From: Clostridium sp. CAG:245
GTDB lineage: Bacteria > Bacillota > Clostridia > TANB77 > CAG-508
DNA: 64,000 nucleotides
Assembly: GCA_000435175.1 (NCBI GenBank)
Contig: FR880082.1
Coordinates: 31,476 to 95,475, forward strand
Direction: 5' to 3'
In this document: positions 7,915 through 16,258 of the stretch, in pieces
Numbering within the stretch: position 1 is the first letter of the stretch
How the letters are laid out: every line of letters starts with the position of its first letter
Translations under genes and position numbers: made by a program
The notes under the pieces: generated by a model
Told to the model about the DNA's origin: nothing
Database searches by the model: none
The model's input: the letters and a program-made list of their open reading frames with translations, nothing else

Positions 7915-8012
7915 AGTCCATACGATCCGCTAGATCCGTCTGGTCCGCCCGGGCCGCGCCATCCCCTTCTTCGTAGGGTATGACGCGATAAAAGGGCACT
8001 GCTCGTTTCACT
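7915..8012 (-). other. unclassified GC-rich structured element between the ftsZ-like gene and zupT (includes the ftsZ terminator hairpin)
   Basis: About 65% GC in a ~28% GC background. GGGCAC...GTGCCC-TTTTAT hairpin, then a CGCGTCAT-ACCC...GGGG-ATGGCGCG nested hairpin, a GCCCGGGC palindrome and CAGAC...GTCTG pairing. Confidence 0.3.
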
Positions 8013-8045
8013 CGCTGTGCCCCTCTATATGTTTATGTTTATTTT

Positions 8046-9035
8046 TTATATATTATATTTTATTACTTTTGCATCTGCGTTTTCTTCTATTCCAGTTGCT
8101 ATTACTGTTACCATTATTGCATCATGTATTCTTTCGTCTACTATTGTACCGAAGATTATGTTTGCTTCTGGGTCTAAGAATTCTTTTATGTATCCAACAG
8201 CAGTACTTACTTCGCTTAGTCCTAGGTCCATACCACCTGTAACATTTACAATTAATCCTTTTGCACCTTTTACAGATGTTTCTAGAAGTGGGCTATCCAT
8301 AGCAGCCATTGCAGCATCTAAAGCTCTTTGGTCGCCTTCAGCTACACCAACACCCATATGAGCAATTCCACTATCTCTCATTATTGTTTTTATATCTGCA
8401 AAATCTATATTTATAAATCCTGGTATTGTAATTAAGTCTGTTATACCTTGAACACCTTTTCTTAGAACACTATCAGCCTCTTGGAATGCTTGTATCATTG
8501 TTGTTCCCTTTGGCATTGCTTTTAATAAGTTGTTATTTTCTACAACTATAAGAGCATCAACATTCTTCTTCATTCTAACAATACCGTCATCGGCATTTGC
8601 TTTTCTTTTTCTTCCCTCAAATAAGAATGGCTTTGTTACAATTCCTACTGTTAAAATTCCCATTGATTTTGCTATTTCACATACAACTGGGGCAGCACCT
8701 GTTCCAGTGCCTCCACCCATACCACATGTTACAAATACCATGTCTGTATTTGCTAATGCTTTCTTTATATTTTCTTCATCTTCTCTTGCAGCCATTTCTC
8801 CTAAAACAGGGTTAGCTCCAGCGCCTAAACCTTTTGTTGTACCTTTTCCAATATGCATAACAGTTGTAGCTTTATTTTGTGCTAAAGCCTGTTCTTCTGT
8901 ATTTATCGCAATAAATTGTACATTACGTATTCCTTCATCTATCATTCTATTTACAGCGTTGTTTCCAGCACCACCAACACCAATTACTTTAATTCTTACT
9001 AAATCGTCTTCATTATCTTGTTCTGTGTATCTCAT
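8046..9035 (-). CDS. ftsZ: FtsZ-family tubulin-like GTPase lacking the C-terminal linker and tail
   Basis: [25 protein letters not shown] and NxDFAD ([10 protein letters not shown]) motifs. Only 329 aa; it ends 13 residues after the core VTVIATGI. Confidence 0.85.
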   Translation of the reverse strand: MRYTEQDNEDDLVRIKVIGVGGAGNNAVNRMIDEGIRNVQFIAINTEEQALAQNKATTVMHIGKGTTKGLGAGANPVLGEMAAREDEENIKKALANTDMVFVTCGMGGGTGTGAAPVVCEIAKSMGILTVGIVTKPFLFEGRKRKANADDGIVRMKKNVDALIVVENNNLLKAMPKGTTMIQAFQEADSVLRKGVQGITDLITIPGFINIDFADIKTIMRDSGIAHMGVGVAEGDQRALDAAMAAMDSPLLETSVKGAKGLIVNVTGGMDLGLSEVSTAVGYIKEFLDPEANIIFGTIVDERIHDAIMVTVIATGIEENADAKVIKYNI

Positions 9036-9206
9036 TTTTTACATCCTTGTTTATTATAAATTTAGGTTTCTGGGAGTGTCCTATAACCCATAAAGCTTGT
9101 CTGCTTTTTGCTTCCTATATATTACTACTTTTTCGTCCAATTGGCAACAGTAAATTCAATAATTTATGTGTCTATTTTGTAATTTTTTATGCAATAAGAA
9201 ATATTA

Positions 9207-9860
9207 TTATAAAATATCAGTTAGCTCTGTAAATTTACGAATAGTAGCCATTATATGTTCATTCGAATTTATCTTTATATTGTTTCTATCATAGAATATC
9301 ACATTCATATTAGCATTTACAGCTCCAGATACGTCTGTTTTTAGGCTATCTCCTACCATTACACATTCAGAAAATTCATATGGTCCTTTAGCAATTTCAA
9401 ATGCTTCTTTGTTAGGCTTCATTGGAATGTTTTCTGTCATATATGTTGTTGAAAAATACTTATCTAACCCTAATCTTTTTAGTCTTTCATCTTGCGATTT
9501 TTTAAACCAATTTGAAAGAACAACTAAATCATATTTTTGTTTCAAATATTGCAATGTGTATACAACTTCATCATCAGCTTTTTCTGGTACGCACATACCT
9601 AAATAACGTATCCATATTCCAAAAAAGCTCTCTGGCAATTTATATCCTAATTCTTCTTCTATAGCTTTCATCATAGATTCTTTTGTGTATGTAAAATTTG
9701 TACCGTCTTCATAGTTGTCTACAGCATGCTGAATTTTTGCTTTAATCTCACTTGAATATGGTAAATTAAGCTCATCAAAAACATTTTTCAAGCAATCCCA
9801 GTATTCAGCTTTCCAATCTATTAATGTATTATCTATGTCAAAAATAATTCGTTTAATCAT
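9207..9860 (-). CDS. HAD-superfamily hydrolase
   Basis: DIDNTLID (DxDxT motif I), SN (motif II region) and VGDSLKTD (motif IV). Confidence 0.8.
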   Translation of the reverse strand: MIKRIIFDIDNTLIDWKAEYWDCLKNVFDELNLPYSSEIKAKIQHAVDNYEDGTNFTYTKESMMKAIEEELGYKLPESFFGIWIRYLGMCVPEKADDEVVYTLQYLKQKYDLVVLSNWFKKSQDERLKRLGLDKYFSTTYMTENIPMKPNKEAFEIAKGPYEFSECVMVGDSLKTDVSGAVNANMNVIFYDRNNIKINSNEHIMATIRKFTELTDIL

Positions 9861-9941
9861 GGTTCCTCCAAAATTTTTAATAATGCAAATATTATCATAT
9901 AAAAGAGGAAATGTAAATTGTTTATTACTAAATTGAATAAA

Positions 9942-10517
9942 TTAATTCCACCATATTTCTTTCCCTTGTGGTTCCCCCCAATCAATTTCATATGGGATAT
10001 ATGTTTCTTGAATATTCATAAATATACTTCTACGTCTAGCGTCTCTTTTTATTTCAGATATAAATTGTGGCAGATTCGTTAAAGTTACTATTTTGCCCAA
10101 ATTAGTTAACCTGAGTACTTCTTTTGCTTTCTTTAATACCTCTGCTTTTTCTGTTTTTGGAACCTTAATTATACCATTATTAGTTTTATATATTCCTATA
10201 ACATAATTCTCTAATGTCGGAAACATATTTTGAATAAGAAATACTCCTCTTTTTCCGGCAATATTTTCAAAAAACACAAAATTGTTCGGCTCTTTTTTTA
10301 TTTTTTCTCTAATTCTTATATATATTTTTTGATATTTCTCATACTGTGTTGACATTGGTATAACCCAAAGTATTTCTTTTTCTTTGCTATCTCTAAAGCA
10401 AAAATATGCTGGTCTTTTATTTTCGCTTCCTTTGTTTTCCATTATGCTATATTTGATACCATACTTGTCCATAAACTCATCACAAATAAAGCATAAGTTT
10501 CCTTCTTTTAATTCCAT
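9942..10517 (-). CDS. type III toxin-antitoxin toxin, ToxN/AbiQ/CptN-like endoribonuclease
   Basis: 191 aa. RPAYFCF...LWVIPMST and FLIQNMFPTLENYV align by eye with ToxN KAFIGIV...YLAPLTSP and LINLKFMIPIIEAEV. The repeat-terminator-toxin architecture upstream supports the call. Confidence 0.7.
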   Translation of the reverse strand: MELKEGNLCFICDEFMDKYGIKYSIMENKGSENKRPAYFCFRDSKEKEILWVIPMSTQYEKYQKIYIRIREKIKKEPNNFVFFENIAGKRGVFLIQNMFPTLENYVIGIYKTNNGIIKVPKTEKAEVLKKAKEVLRLTNLGKIVTLTNLPQFISEIKRDARRRSIFMNIQETYIPYEIDWGEPQGKEIWWN

Positions 10518-10530
10518 ATATTACCTCCAT

Positions 10531-10577
10531 AAAAAAATGGAGAAACTCAATTTACTACTGCATTTAAGTTTCTCCAT
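10531..10577 (-). terminator. intrinsic terminator between the antitoxin repeats and the toxin (type III TA attenuator)
   Basis: ATGGAGAAACT / AGTTTCTCCAT gives an 11-bp perfect stem followed by TTTTTTT on the minus strand. The GGAGG RBS and toxin ATG at 10517 lie directly downstream. Confidence 0.7.
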
Positions 10578-10587
10578 CTATATATTT

Positions 10588-10681
10588 TTTCATAGCATAT
10601 TTATACTAGCCTGCTAAGGGGCATTTGTATATCGTTTCATAGCATATTTACCCAATCGCCTACTAAGGGGCTGACATTATA
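10588..10681 (-). ncRNA. candidate type III antitoxin RNA: two tandem 47-nt repeats
   Basis: Plus-strand units 10588-10634 and 10635-10681 share the blocks TTTCATAGCATATTTA (16/16) and CTAAGGGGC (9/9). They sit between the promoter and the terminator. Confidence 0.65.
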
Positions 10682-10692
10682 TTTACATATTT

Positions 10693-10721
10693 ATTGTACC
10701 ATCAGACTTTTGCTAAGTCAA
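10693..10721 (-). promoter_or_regulatory. promoter of the type III TA locus (TTGACT, 17 nt spacer, TGG-TACAAT)
   Basis: Minus strand: -35 at 10721-10716 and -10 at 10698-10693. The predicted TSS lies just before repeat unit 2. Confidence 0.55.
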
Positions 10722-10778
10722 TAGTATTAATAAATATTCATTTATATTCTATGATATTTTGTAAAATTAATTCACAAT

Positions 10779-12866
10779 TTATTTTCCTGAATTTGTTTCT
10801 TTATTTTCTTCGTTATTTGTTGTATTTTCGCTATTTTCTACTGGCATGTTGCTTTCTTCTTTTTTACTGTCTTTTTTCAAGCTATCTACTACAAATATGA
10901 ATTTTGTTGTTCCTTCCGCTTCTTCGTCTTTTCCTGCAAAGCTATTGTATTCGTTTGCTAAGTCTTGTAGTTTTTCTACTCTTGTTTGTAAGTCTTTTAC
11001 GTCTCCGTTTACCATTGAAACTATTTTGTTTATTCCTTCTTTATCAAATTCAGATATTCCTTCTGCTAGTGTTTTAGCACCGTCAGATATTGTACTTGCA
11101 CCTTCTAATAATTGCTTGTTAGCACTGTTTAATTTATCACTTGATGTGTTTAATGTGCTTAATCCTGTTTTTAACTCTTTTGAACCGCTTGCAAGTGTGC
11201 TTACTCCTGTTTGTAATTTGCTTGTTCCTTGGCTTAATGTTGATGTACCATTCTTTAATTCGTTTGATCCTGCTATTAATTCTGTTGTTCCGTCTGTTAT
11301 AGCATCAAATCCTGATGAGATTTCGCTTATTCCACTCTTTATGCTTGATGTAGCTTGTGTCTTTAATGTATTTAATCCAGCTTTTACGCCTTTTTCATTA
11401 TCATTTATTGCATCTAATCCCGCTTCTTGTGCCTTTGTTGTTTGAGTAACTGCACTGTCTATTGCTGTTCCAATTTGTTTTGACATAGCTTGTTTTTCTG
11501 CATCTGATATTGATATACTTGAAAGTGCTTTTTGAATTGCAAGTTTTTCCTCTTTTGTTAATGTTTCATCTGCAAGAATTTCTTTTTGTACACTTGCCAT
11601 TTTCTTTTCCATTGTGCTATCTATTGCAGAAGATACTGCTGAGCTTACTCCTGTTTTTAATCCTTCTGATAATTTGCTGTTTGCATTTTCTATTACTTGT
11701 TCTTTTATTGTTTCTACTTCTTGGTCTTTTCCTGCTATTATTTTGTCGATTCCAACAGATAATGTTTTGCTACTTTCTTCTAATGAAGAAACAGCTTGTT
11801 CTTTTCCGGCAGATACTCCTGTTTGTAATGAATTTAATCCATCACTTAAATCACTTGCACCTCGATTTAATTTATTTGCACCGCTCTTTAGTGTGCTTAT
11901 GTTTGAATTTACAGAATCAATTCCTTCGTCTATTTTATTGTAGCTGTTTGTAGCAGTGTTTATTCCTTGATTGAAGGCTTCTAATCCATCAGCAAATTCT
12001 GTACTCTTTGAAACATATTCTTCTGTTCCGTCTTGTAAAGTCTTTGCACCCTCAACTAATTGTGTTGAAGCGGATTTTAAATCATTTATTTGGCTATAAA
12101 CTTCGTCTAATTTATCCATTGCAGAAACATCAGTATCATCAAATATTTTTGGTGTTACATATGACATTATATTTCCCATTTCAAAGTCTGTTGCTTCAAA
12201 GCTTATTTCAACCTTATTTAAATCTGGTAAATCTTCGTCTTCTAATCCTAAGCTTTCTATTAGTCCTGGGCAAGCAAGACCAACAACTACTGTCTTTTGG
12301 CCATTATCTAGAACTTTACCATTTGTAACTTCTATGTTTTTCATTTTTGTGTTATCTAGCATAGTTCCAGCCATTACAACAAATGGTACATACATTTTCT
12401 CACTCTTACCATTTATATTAACAAATCTTTCTTCTTTATTTGTATATTCTATTGTTATTTTTACATTTCCACTCTTGCCAATTAAATCATTTGGAGCAAT
12501 TTCTTCTCCGTTTAATTCATATTTAATTGTACAATCTAATGGTAATTCTCTGTCTGTATTTCCTTGATAATAAATATCATTTCCAGATGTCTTCCATTCA
12601 AGTGAAGTTCCATTTTGAGAAGCTTCTTCATCTCCATTAGTATTCTTTATGTTTAACAATGTAGACATATCTTTTAGCAATTCTGCATTGTCAGAATTCT
12701 TTAAATGCTCACTTACTATTGTTTGGTATGAGCTACCATTTGCATTTGCTTTAGTATAAACAGTCTCATCTTTGCTATATGCGAAAACTGGAACCGCATT
12801 AATTGTTCCTAATGCTAGCACCAAAGATGAAGCAATAACCTTTGACATTATTTTTTTATTATTCAT
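10779..12866 (-). CDS. secreted protein with an N-terminal beta-rich domain and a long LxxG heptad-repeat (YhgE/Pip-type) coiled region
   Basis: Signal peptide MNNKKIMSKVIASSLVLALGTINAVPVFA. Many L-x-x-G-x-x-x repeats (LKSGANKLNRGASDLSDGLNSLQTG...). Immediately downstream of the MMPL gene. Confidence 0.65.
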   Translation of the reverse strand: MNNKKIMSKVIASSLVLALGTINAVPVFAYSKDETVYTKANANGSSYQTIVSEHLKNSDNAELLKDMSTLLNIKNTNGDEEASQNGTSLEWKTSGNDIYYQGNTDRELPLDCTIKYELNGEEIAPNDLIGKSGNVKITIEYTNKEERFVNINGKSEKMYVPFVVMAGTMLDNTKMKNIEVTNGKVLDNGQKTVVVGLACPGLIESLGLEDEDLPDLNKVEISFEATDFEMGNIMSYVTPKIFDDTDVSAMDKLDEVYSQINDLKSASTQLVEGAKTLQDGTEEYVSKSTEFADGLEAFNQGINTATNSYNKIDEGIDSVNSNISTLKSGANKLNRGASDLSDGLNSLQTGVSAGKEQAVSSLEESSKTLSVGIDKIIAGKDQEVETIKEQVIENANSKLSEGLKTGVSSAVSSAIDSTMEKKMASVQKEILADETLTKEEKLAIQKALSSISISDAEKQAMSKQIGTAIDSAVTQTTKAQEAGLDAINDNEKGVKAGLNTLKTQATSSIKSGISEISSGFDAITDGTTELIAGSNELKNGTSTLSQGTSKLQTGVSTLASGSKELKTGLSTLNTSSDKLNSANKQLLEGASTISDGAKTLAEGISEFDKEGINKIVSMVNGDVKDLQTRVEKLQDLANEYNSFAGKDEEAEGTTKFIFVVDSLKKDSKKEESNMPVENSENTTNNEENKETNSGK

Positions 12867-13014
12867 AATATTTTTACTTCCTTTCTAACTCGACCCTAAA
12901 GAATTAAATTTTAACAAGGAAAACGATATTTAAAAAGCAATGGCGCATACTTTGTGTATGTAACTGCGTTTTAAATGTTGTTTGACGTAGGTAAAATTGT
13001 AATTATTTAGTGGT

Positions 13015-15093
13015 CTAATATTTTATATCTGCATGTCTAGTTCGTTTAGTAGTCTTGCAAATAATCTTATCAAATACCATTAAGAATGCTGGTAACATTG
13101 TAATTACTACAACCATGCTTATTAGAGCACCTCTTGAAATTAATGTACAAATTGAACCTATCATATCTATCTTTGATATTATTGAAACTCCACATGTTGC
13201 TGCAAAGAAGCATGACGCACTTACTATTATTGATTTCGCTGAATTTTCAAGTGCATATTTTGCAGATTCTTGTTTATTCTTTCCGTCACATCTTGCATCT
13301 AAGTATTTGTTAGTCATTAATATTGCATAATCGACTGTTGCTCCTAACTGAATTGTTCCAATTACTATAGAAGCTACGAATGGGATTGTTACATTTGCGT
13401 AACATGTGCAAGACATATTAACAAATATTGCAAACTCTATTACGGCTATTAATATGAATGGTATCGAACCTGATTTGAATACAAATATCATTAAGATAAA
13501 TATTACCGCTATTGAACTTATATTTACACTGTTGAAGTCTTGGTCTGCAATCTCTACTAAGTCTTTCATAAGAGGAGCTTCTCCTGCAAGAATTCCGTCT
13601 TCATCATATTTCTTTATTACATCATTTATCTTGTTTACTAACTCATTCTCTTCGTTTGTTGCAGTCTCATAACTTGAGTTGATAACAATCATTTGATACT
13701 TGTCACTCTCGAAAATGCTCTTTATGTCGTCATCAATCATCTCGTCAGGAACTAATCCATTCGTAATCTTCGCCTTTGCGATTGACCATTCTACACCGTC
13801 TAGGCTATCAATTTCGTCTAACATTGCCTTAACTTTTGAATCTGACATATCTTTATTTACCAATGCAATCTGTGTAGAAACCATATTAAAGTCATCTGCT
13901 AAAGCTTTATTAGCTGGCACACTTGCTAAACTTTCCGGCAATGAACTATTGATGTTGTAATATACGTTTACATGACTGTTTCCATAAATTGCTGGAACTA
14001 ACAGTATTAAGAATACTATAATTGCAGCCTTGTAATGCTTTACAACAAAATCTATCAGATGGGTAAACTCTGGTAATATAACCTTATGTGATGTTTTTTC
14101 TATTAGCTTGTCGAATACAAGTATTGTTGCAGGTAAAACTGTTACAACACAAATTAATCCAATTAAAACACCCTTTGCCATTACCAAACCTATATCTCTA
14201 CCAATTGCAAGTTGCATTGTACATAATGCCAAGAAACCTGCGATTGTTGTTATAGAACTTCCTACAACAGATGAAATTGTACTCGTAATAGCCTTTTCCA
14301 TAGCTTCGTATATATCTTTAGAGGTTTGTTTTTCTTTGATATAGCTGTGATACAAGAATATTGAGAAATCCATTGTAACACCTAATTGAAGTACACTTGC
14401 AATAGCTTTTGTAATATAAGAAATCTCTCCAAACATAATGTTTGTTCCCATATTATATAAAATTGCAATTCCTATACTTCCCAACAAAAATAGAGGAACT
14501 ATATAAGAATCAAGTGCTATACTTAAAACTATCATACAAAGAGCAGCTGCAACCACAACATAAATTGCCATTTCAGAATTCAAAATATCCTTCATGTCGT
14601 CTTCTGTTGCAGATAAACCTGCAACCGCACACTTTTCCTTTGCAATATCTCTGATGTCATCAATAGCCTTAAGAGTATCATCAGCTGCAATACCTGTTTT
14701 AAAAGTAACAAGGATTGGCGTCTTGCCATCTGCACTAATCTTCTCTTTAACATCATCTGGAAGAGAATCAAGAGGAACCTGAGTTCCAAGAACATCGTAA
14801 ACACCAACAACCTTGTCTACACATTCAATATCCTTAATCTTATCCTCCATGCTTAAAATATCTTTAGCTCTCATATCGTCATCTACAATCAAAACTGCAA
14901 ACGAACCCATGTTGAACTGTTCAGACAAAATATTCTGTCCTTGAATTGTTGCTACATCATCTGGCAAGTAAGTTAAAATATCGTAATTAATTCTTGTAGC
15001 TACCATTCCAATAGCAGATGGAATTAATAATAAAAGTGCTACAATAATAATTGCAACTCTGTACTTGCAGACAAACTTTCCAAACTTATTCAT
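13015..15093 (-). CDS. MMPL/RND-superfamily membrane exporter
   Basis: 692 aa built as two (TM-loop-5TM) halves. The two hydrophobic blocks with intervening soluble domains are typical of MMPL proteins. Confidence 0.8.
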   Translation of the reverse strand: MNKFGKFVCKYRVAIIIVALLLLIPSAIGMVATRINYDILTYLPDDVATIQGQNILSEQFNMGSFAVLIVDDDMRAKDILSMEDKIKDIECVDKVVGVYDVLGTQVPLDSLPDDVKEKISADGKTPILVTFKTGIAADDTLKAIDDIRDIAKEKCAVAGLSATEDDMKDILNSEMAIYVVVAAALCMIVLSIALDSYIVPLFLLGSIGIAILYNMGTNIMFGEISYITKAIASVLQLGVTMDFSIFLYHSYIKEKQTSKDIYEAMEKAITSTISSVVGSSITTIAGFLALCTMQLAIGRDIGLVMAKGVLIGLICVVTVLPATILVFDKLIEKTSHKVILPEFTHLIDFVVKHYKAAIIVFLILLVPAIYGNSHVNVYYNINSSLPESLASVPANKALADDFNMVSTQIALVNKDMSDSKVKAMLDEIDSLDGVEWSIAKAKITNGLVPDEMIDDDIKSIFESDKYQMIVINSSYETATNEENELVNKINDVIKKYDEDGILAGEAPLMKDLVEIADQDFNSVNISSIAVIFILMIFVFKSGSIPFILIAVIEFAIFVNMSCTCYANVTIPFVASIVIGTIQLGATVDYAILMTNKYLDARCDGKNKQESAKYALENSAKSIIVSASCFFAATCGVSIISKIDMIGSICTLISRGALISMVVVITMLPAFLMVFDKIICKTTKRTRHADIKY

Positions 15094-15157
15094 AATTTCA
15101 CATTCCTTTCTTTTTCGCTTTGTATATTTGCCAGTTTCAACCTCGTTTGGTTAATTC

Positions 15158-15206
15158 TGACTATCAGTCACTTTTTATATTTTATGACTTTTCTGACCAT
15201 TAGTCA
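15158..15206. promoter_or_regulatory. two TGAC-N5-GTCA palindromes (putative TetR operators) over the MMPL promoter
   Basis: TGACTATCAGTCA (15158-15170) and TGACCATTAGTCA (15194-15206). The minus-strand promoter TTGACT-17-TAAAAT overlaps them. Confidence 0.5.
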
Positions 15207-15341
15207 ATATAGTTCACAAAACTTTCACAATTTTATTTAACTATTTAAATTATTATATTATAAGGTTTTATTTTATTATTCATATTTTTTAGCTTTGTTG
15301 CTCCTGAATTTCAGCATTTTTCGACCATACAATAATTTTTT

Positions 15342-15369
15342 GCCCAAAAAGGGGCGTCCCTATTGGGCG
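15342..15369 (+). repeat. GC-rich twin-hairpin repeat, copy 1
   Basis: GCCCAAAAAGGGGCGTCCCTATTGGGCG. Its 21-nt core AAAAGGGGCGTCCCTATTGGG is identical to the inverted copy at 24142-24168. Confidence 0.6.
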
Positions 15370-15375
15370 AAGCAT

Positions 15376-15404
15376 TTGACCAAAAGTCATTTTAGTGTTA
15401 TAAT
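15376..15404 (+). promoter_or_regulatory. tetR promoter (TTGACC, 17 nt spacer, TGT-TATAAT) overlapped by a third TGAC-N5-GTCA operator
   Basis: -35 at 15376-15381 and -10 at 15399-15404. TGACCAAAAGTCA at 15377-15389. Confidence 0.55.
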
Positions 15405-15457
15405 CTATTTAGTTTAAATTTTATTAAGGCTTATTGCCTTAAAGAACGAAGGTTAAT

Positions 15458-16057
15458 ATGATGGATAAAAAAGAGAAAGAAAATAAATTAATGGAAAAAG
15501 CTTTAAAACTATTTACTGAAAAAGGTGTAAACAATACTTCAATTCAAGATATTGCTGATGAAGCGGGTGTTGGTAAAGGTACTTTTTACTTGTATTTTAA
15601 AGATAAATATGATATTAGAGATAAGGTTATTGCAAGTTGTTCTAATAAGCTGTTTGCTGATGCTTTAGATGCTTTAAACAATAGCTATATACAAAATTTT
15701 GAAGATCAAATTATATTTGTAATTAATCATATATTAGATGAATTAAATAAAAATAAGGTTTTGTTAAAATTAATATCCAAGAATCTATCTTTTGGATTAT
15801 TTAACAACACCATATCAAATTTGTCGAATCTATCTAATATAAATAATGATACTTCGACACTATATGAAAAATTCGTAAATCGTGTTAATGAAAATAATGT
15901 TAATCTGAAGAACCCAAAGGTTACACTATTTACAATTATTGAACTTGTTAGCTCGACAGGATTTAACTCTATATTGTATTCAGAGCCACTACCACTAGAC
16001 GAATACAAGCCATATCTGTACTCAATTATAAGAGGAATATTAAAAGAGAATATTTAA
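15458..16057 (+). CDS. TetR/AcrR-family transcriptional regulator
   Basis: N-terminal HTH region FTEKGVNNTSIQDIADEAGVGKGTFYLYFKDK. Divergent from the MMPL operon. Confidence 0.85.
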   Translation: MMDKKEKENKLMEKALKLFTEKGVNNTSIQDIADEAGVGKGTFYLYFKDKYDIRDKVIASCSNKLFADALDALNNSYIQNFEDQIIFVINHILDELNKNKVLLKLISKNLSFGLFNNTISNLSNLSNINNDTSTLYEKFVNRVNENNVNLKNPKVTLFTIIELVSSTGFNSILYSEPLPLDEYKPYLYSIIRGILKENI

Positions 16058-16065
16058 TGCAGTAA

Positions 16066-16099
16066 AAGACTAATTCAAATACGAATTAGTCTTCTTTAT
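16066..16099. terminator. bidirectional hairpin terminator
   Basis: AAGACTAATTC / GAATTAGTCTT stem with T/A runs on both sides. Confidence 0.5.
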
Positions 16100-16258
16100 C
16101 TAAGTCTCTCCACATTTCTTCTAAATTTATATAACCTTTACTCAATCCCGTTTCATTTTCTATTTTTTTAATTTGTTCTTTTAATTTTTCATCCGTATCT
16201 ATTGGGATCATATTAGCATCTCCGCATATGTTTATGTATGTAGCATTTGGCGTATATT

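Noticed and set aside
7940-7990. Possible guanidine-III (ykkC-III) or ZTP-like riboswitch resemblance in the GC-rich element
   Set aside because: Only short motif fragments match from memory (ACGA..., CCCGG...GACCAGACGG). The required pseudoknot partner is not evident, and the downstream gene (zupT) is not a typical regulon member. It is kept only as an unclassified element.
7781-8011. 76-aa minus-strand ORF (MKRAVPFYRVIPYEEGDGAARADQ...) covering the GC-rich spacer
   Set aside because: It has no RBS. It overlaps the zupT RBS and GTG start. Its apparent coding potential comes from the GC-rich hairpins and the ftsZ terminator, so I treat it as non-coding structure.
8530-9093. 187-aa plus-strand ORF antisense to the ftsZ-like gene. 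Similar long antisense ORFs occur at 37567..38229, 10846..11445, 21421..21861 and 44411..44785.
   Set aside because: These are shadow ORFs on the opposite strand of confidently assigned genes. They have low-complexity, hydrophobic, AT-skewed translations and no RBS.
10588-10681. Tandem repeats considered as a possible mini-CRISPR array
   Set aside because: There are only two units, directly abutting with no spacers, and no cas genes. The promoter/terminator/toxin context fits a type III antitoxin RNA instead.
10779-12866. Extensive internal nucleotide repeats in the LxxG protein gene, considered as a possible mobile or satellite repeat
   Set aside because: The periodicity is in frame and encodes heptad protein repeats, so the coding sequence explains it.
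16086-16211. 41-codon minus-strand ORF (MIPIDTDEKLKEQIKKIENETGLSKGYINLEEMWRDLDKED) downstream of the histidine phosphatase gene
   Set aside because: The GGAG RBS is weak and distant, there is no recognisable family, and its end overlaps the bidirectional terminator. Evidence is insufficient.
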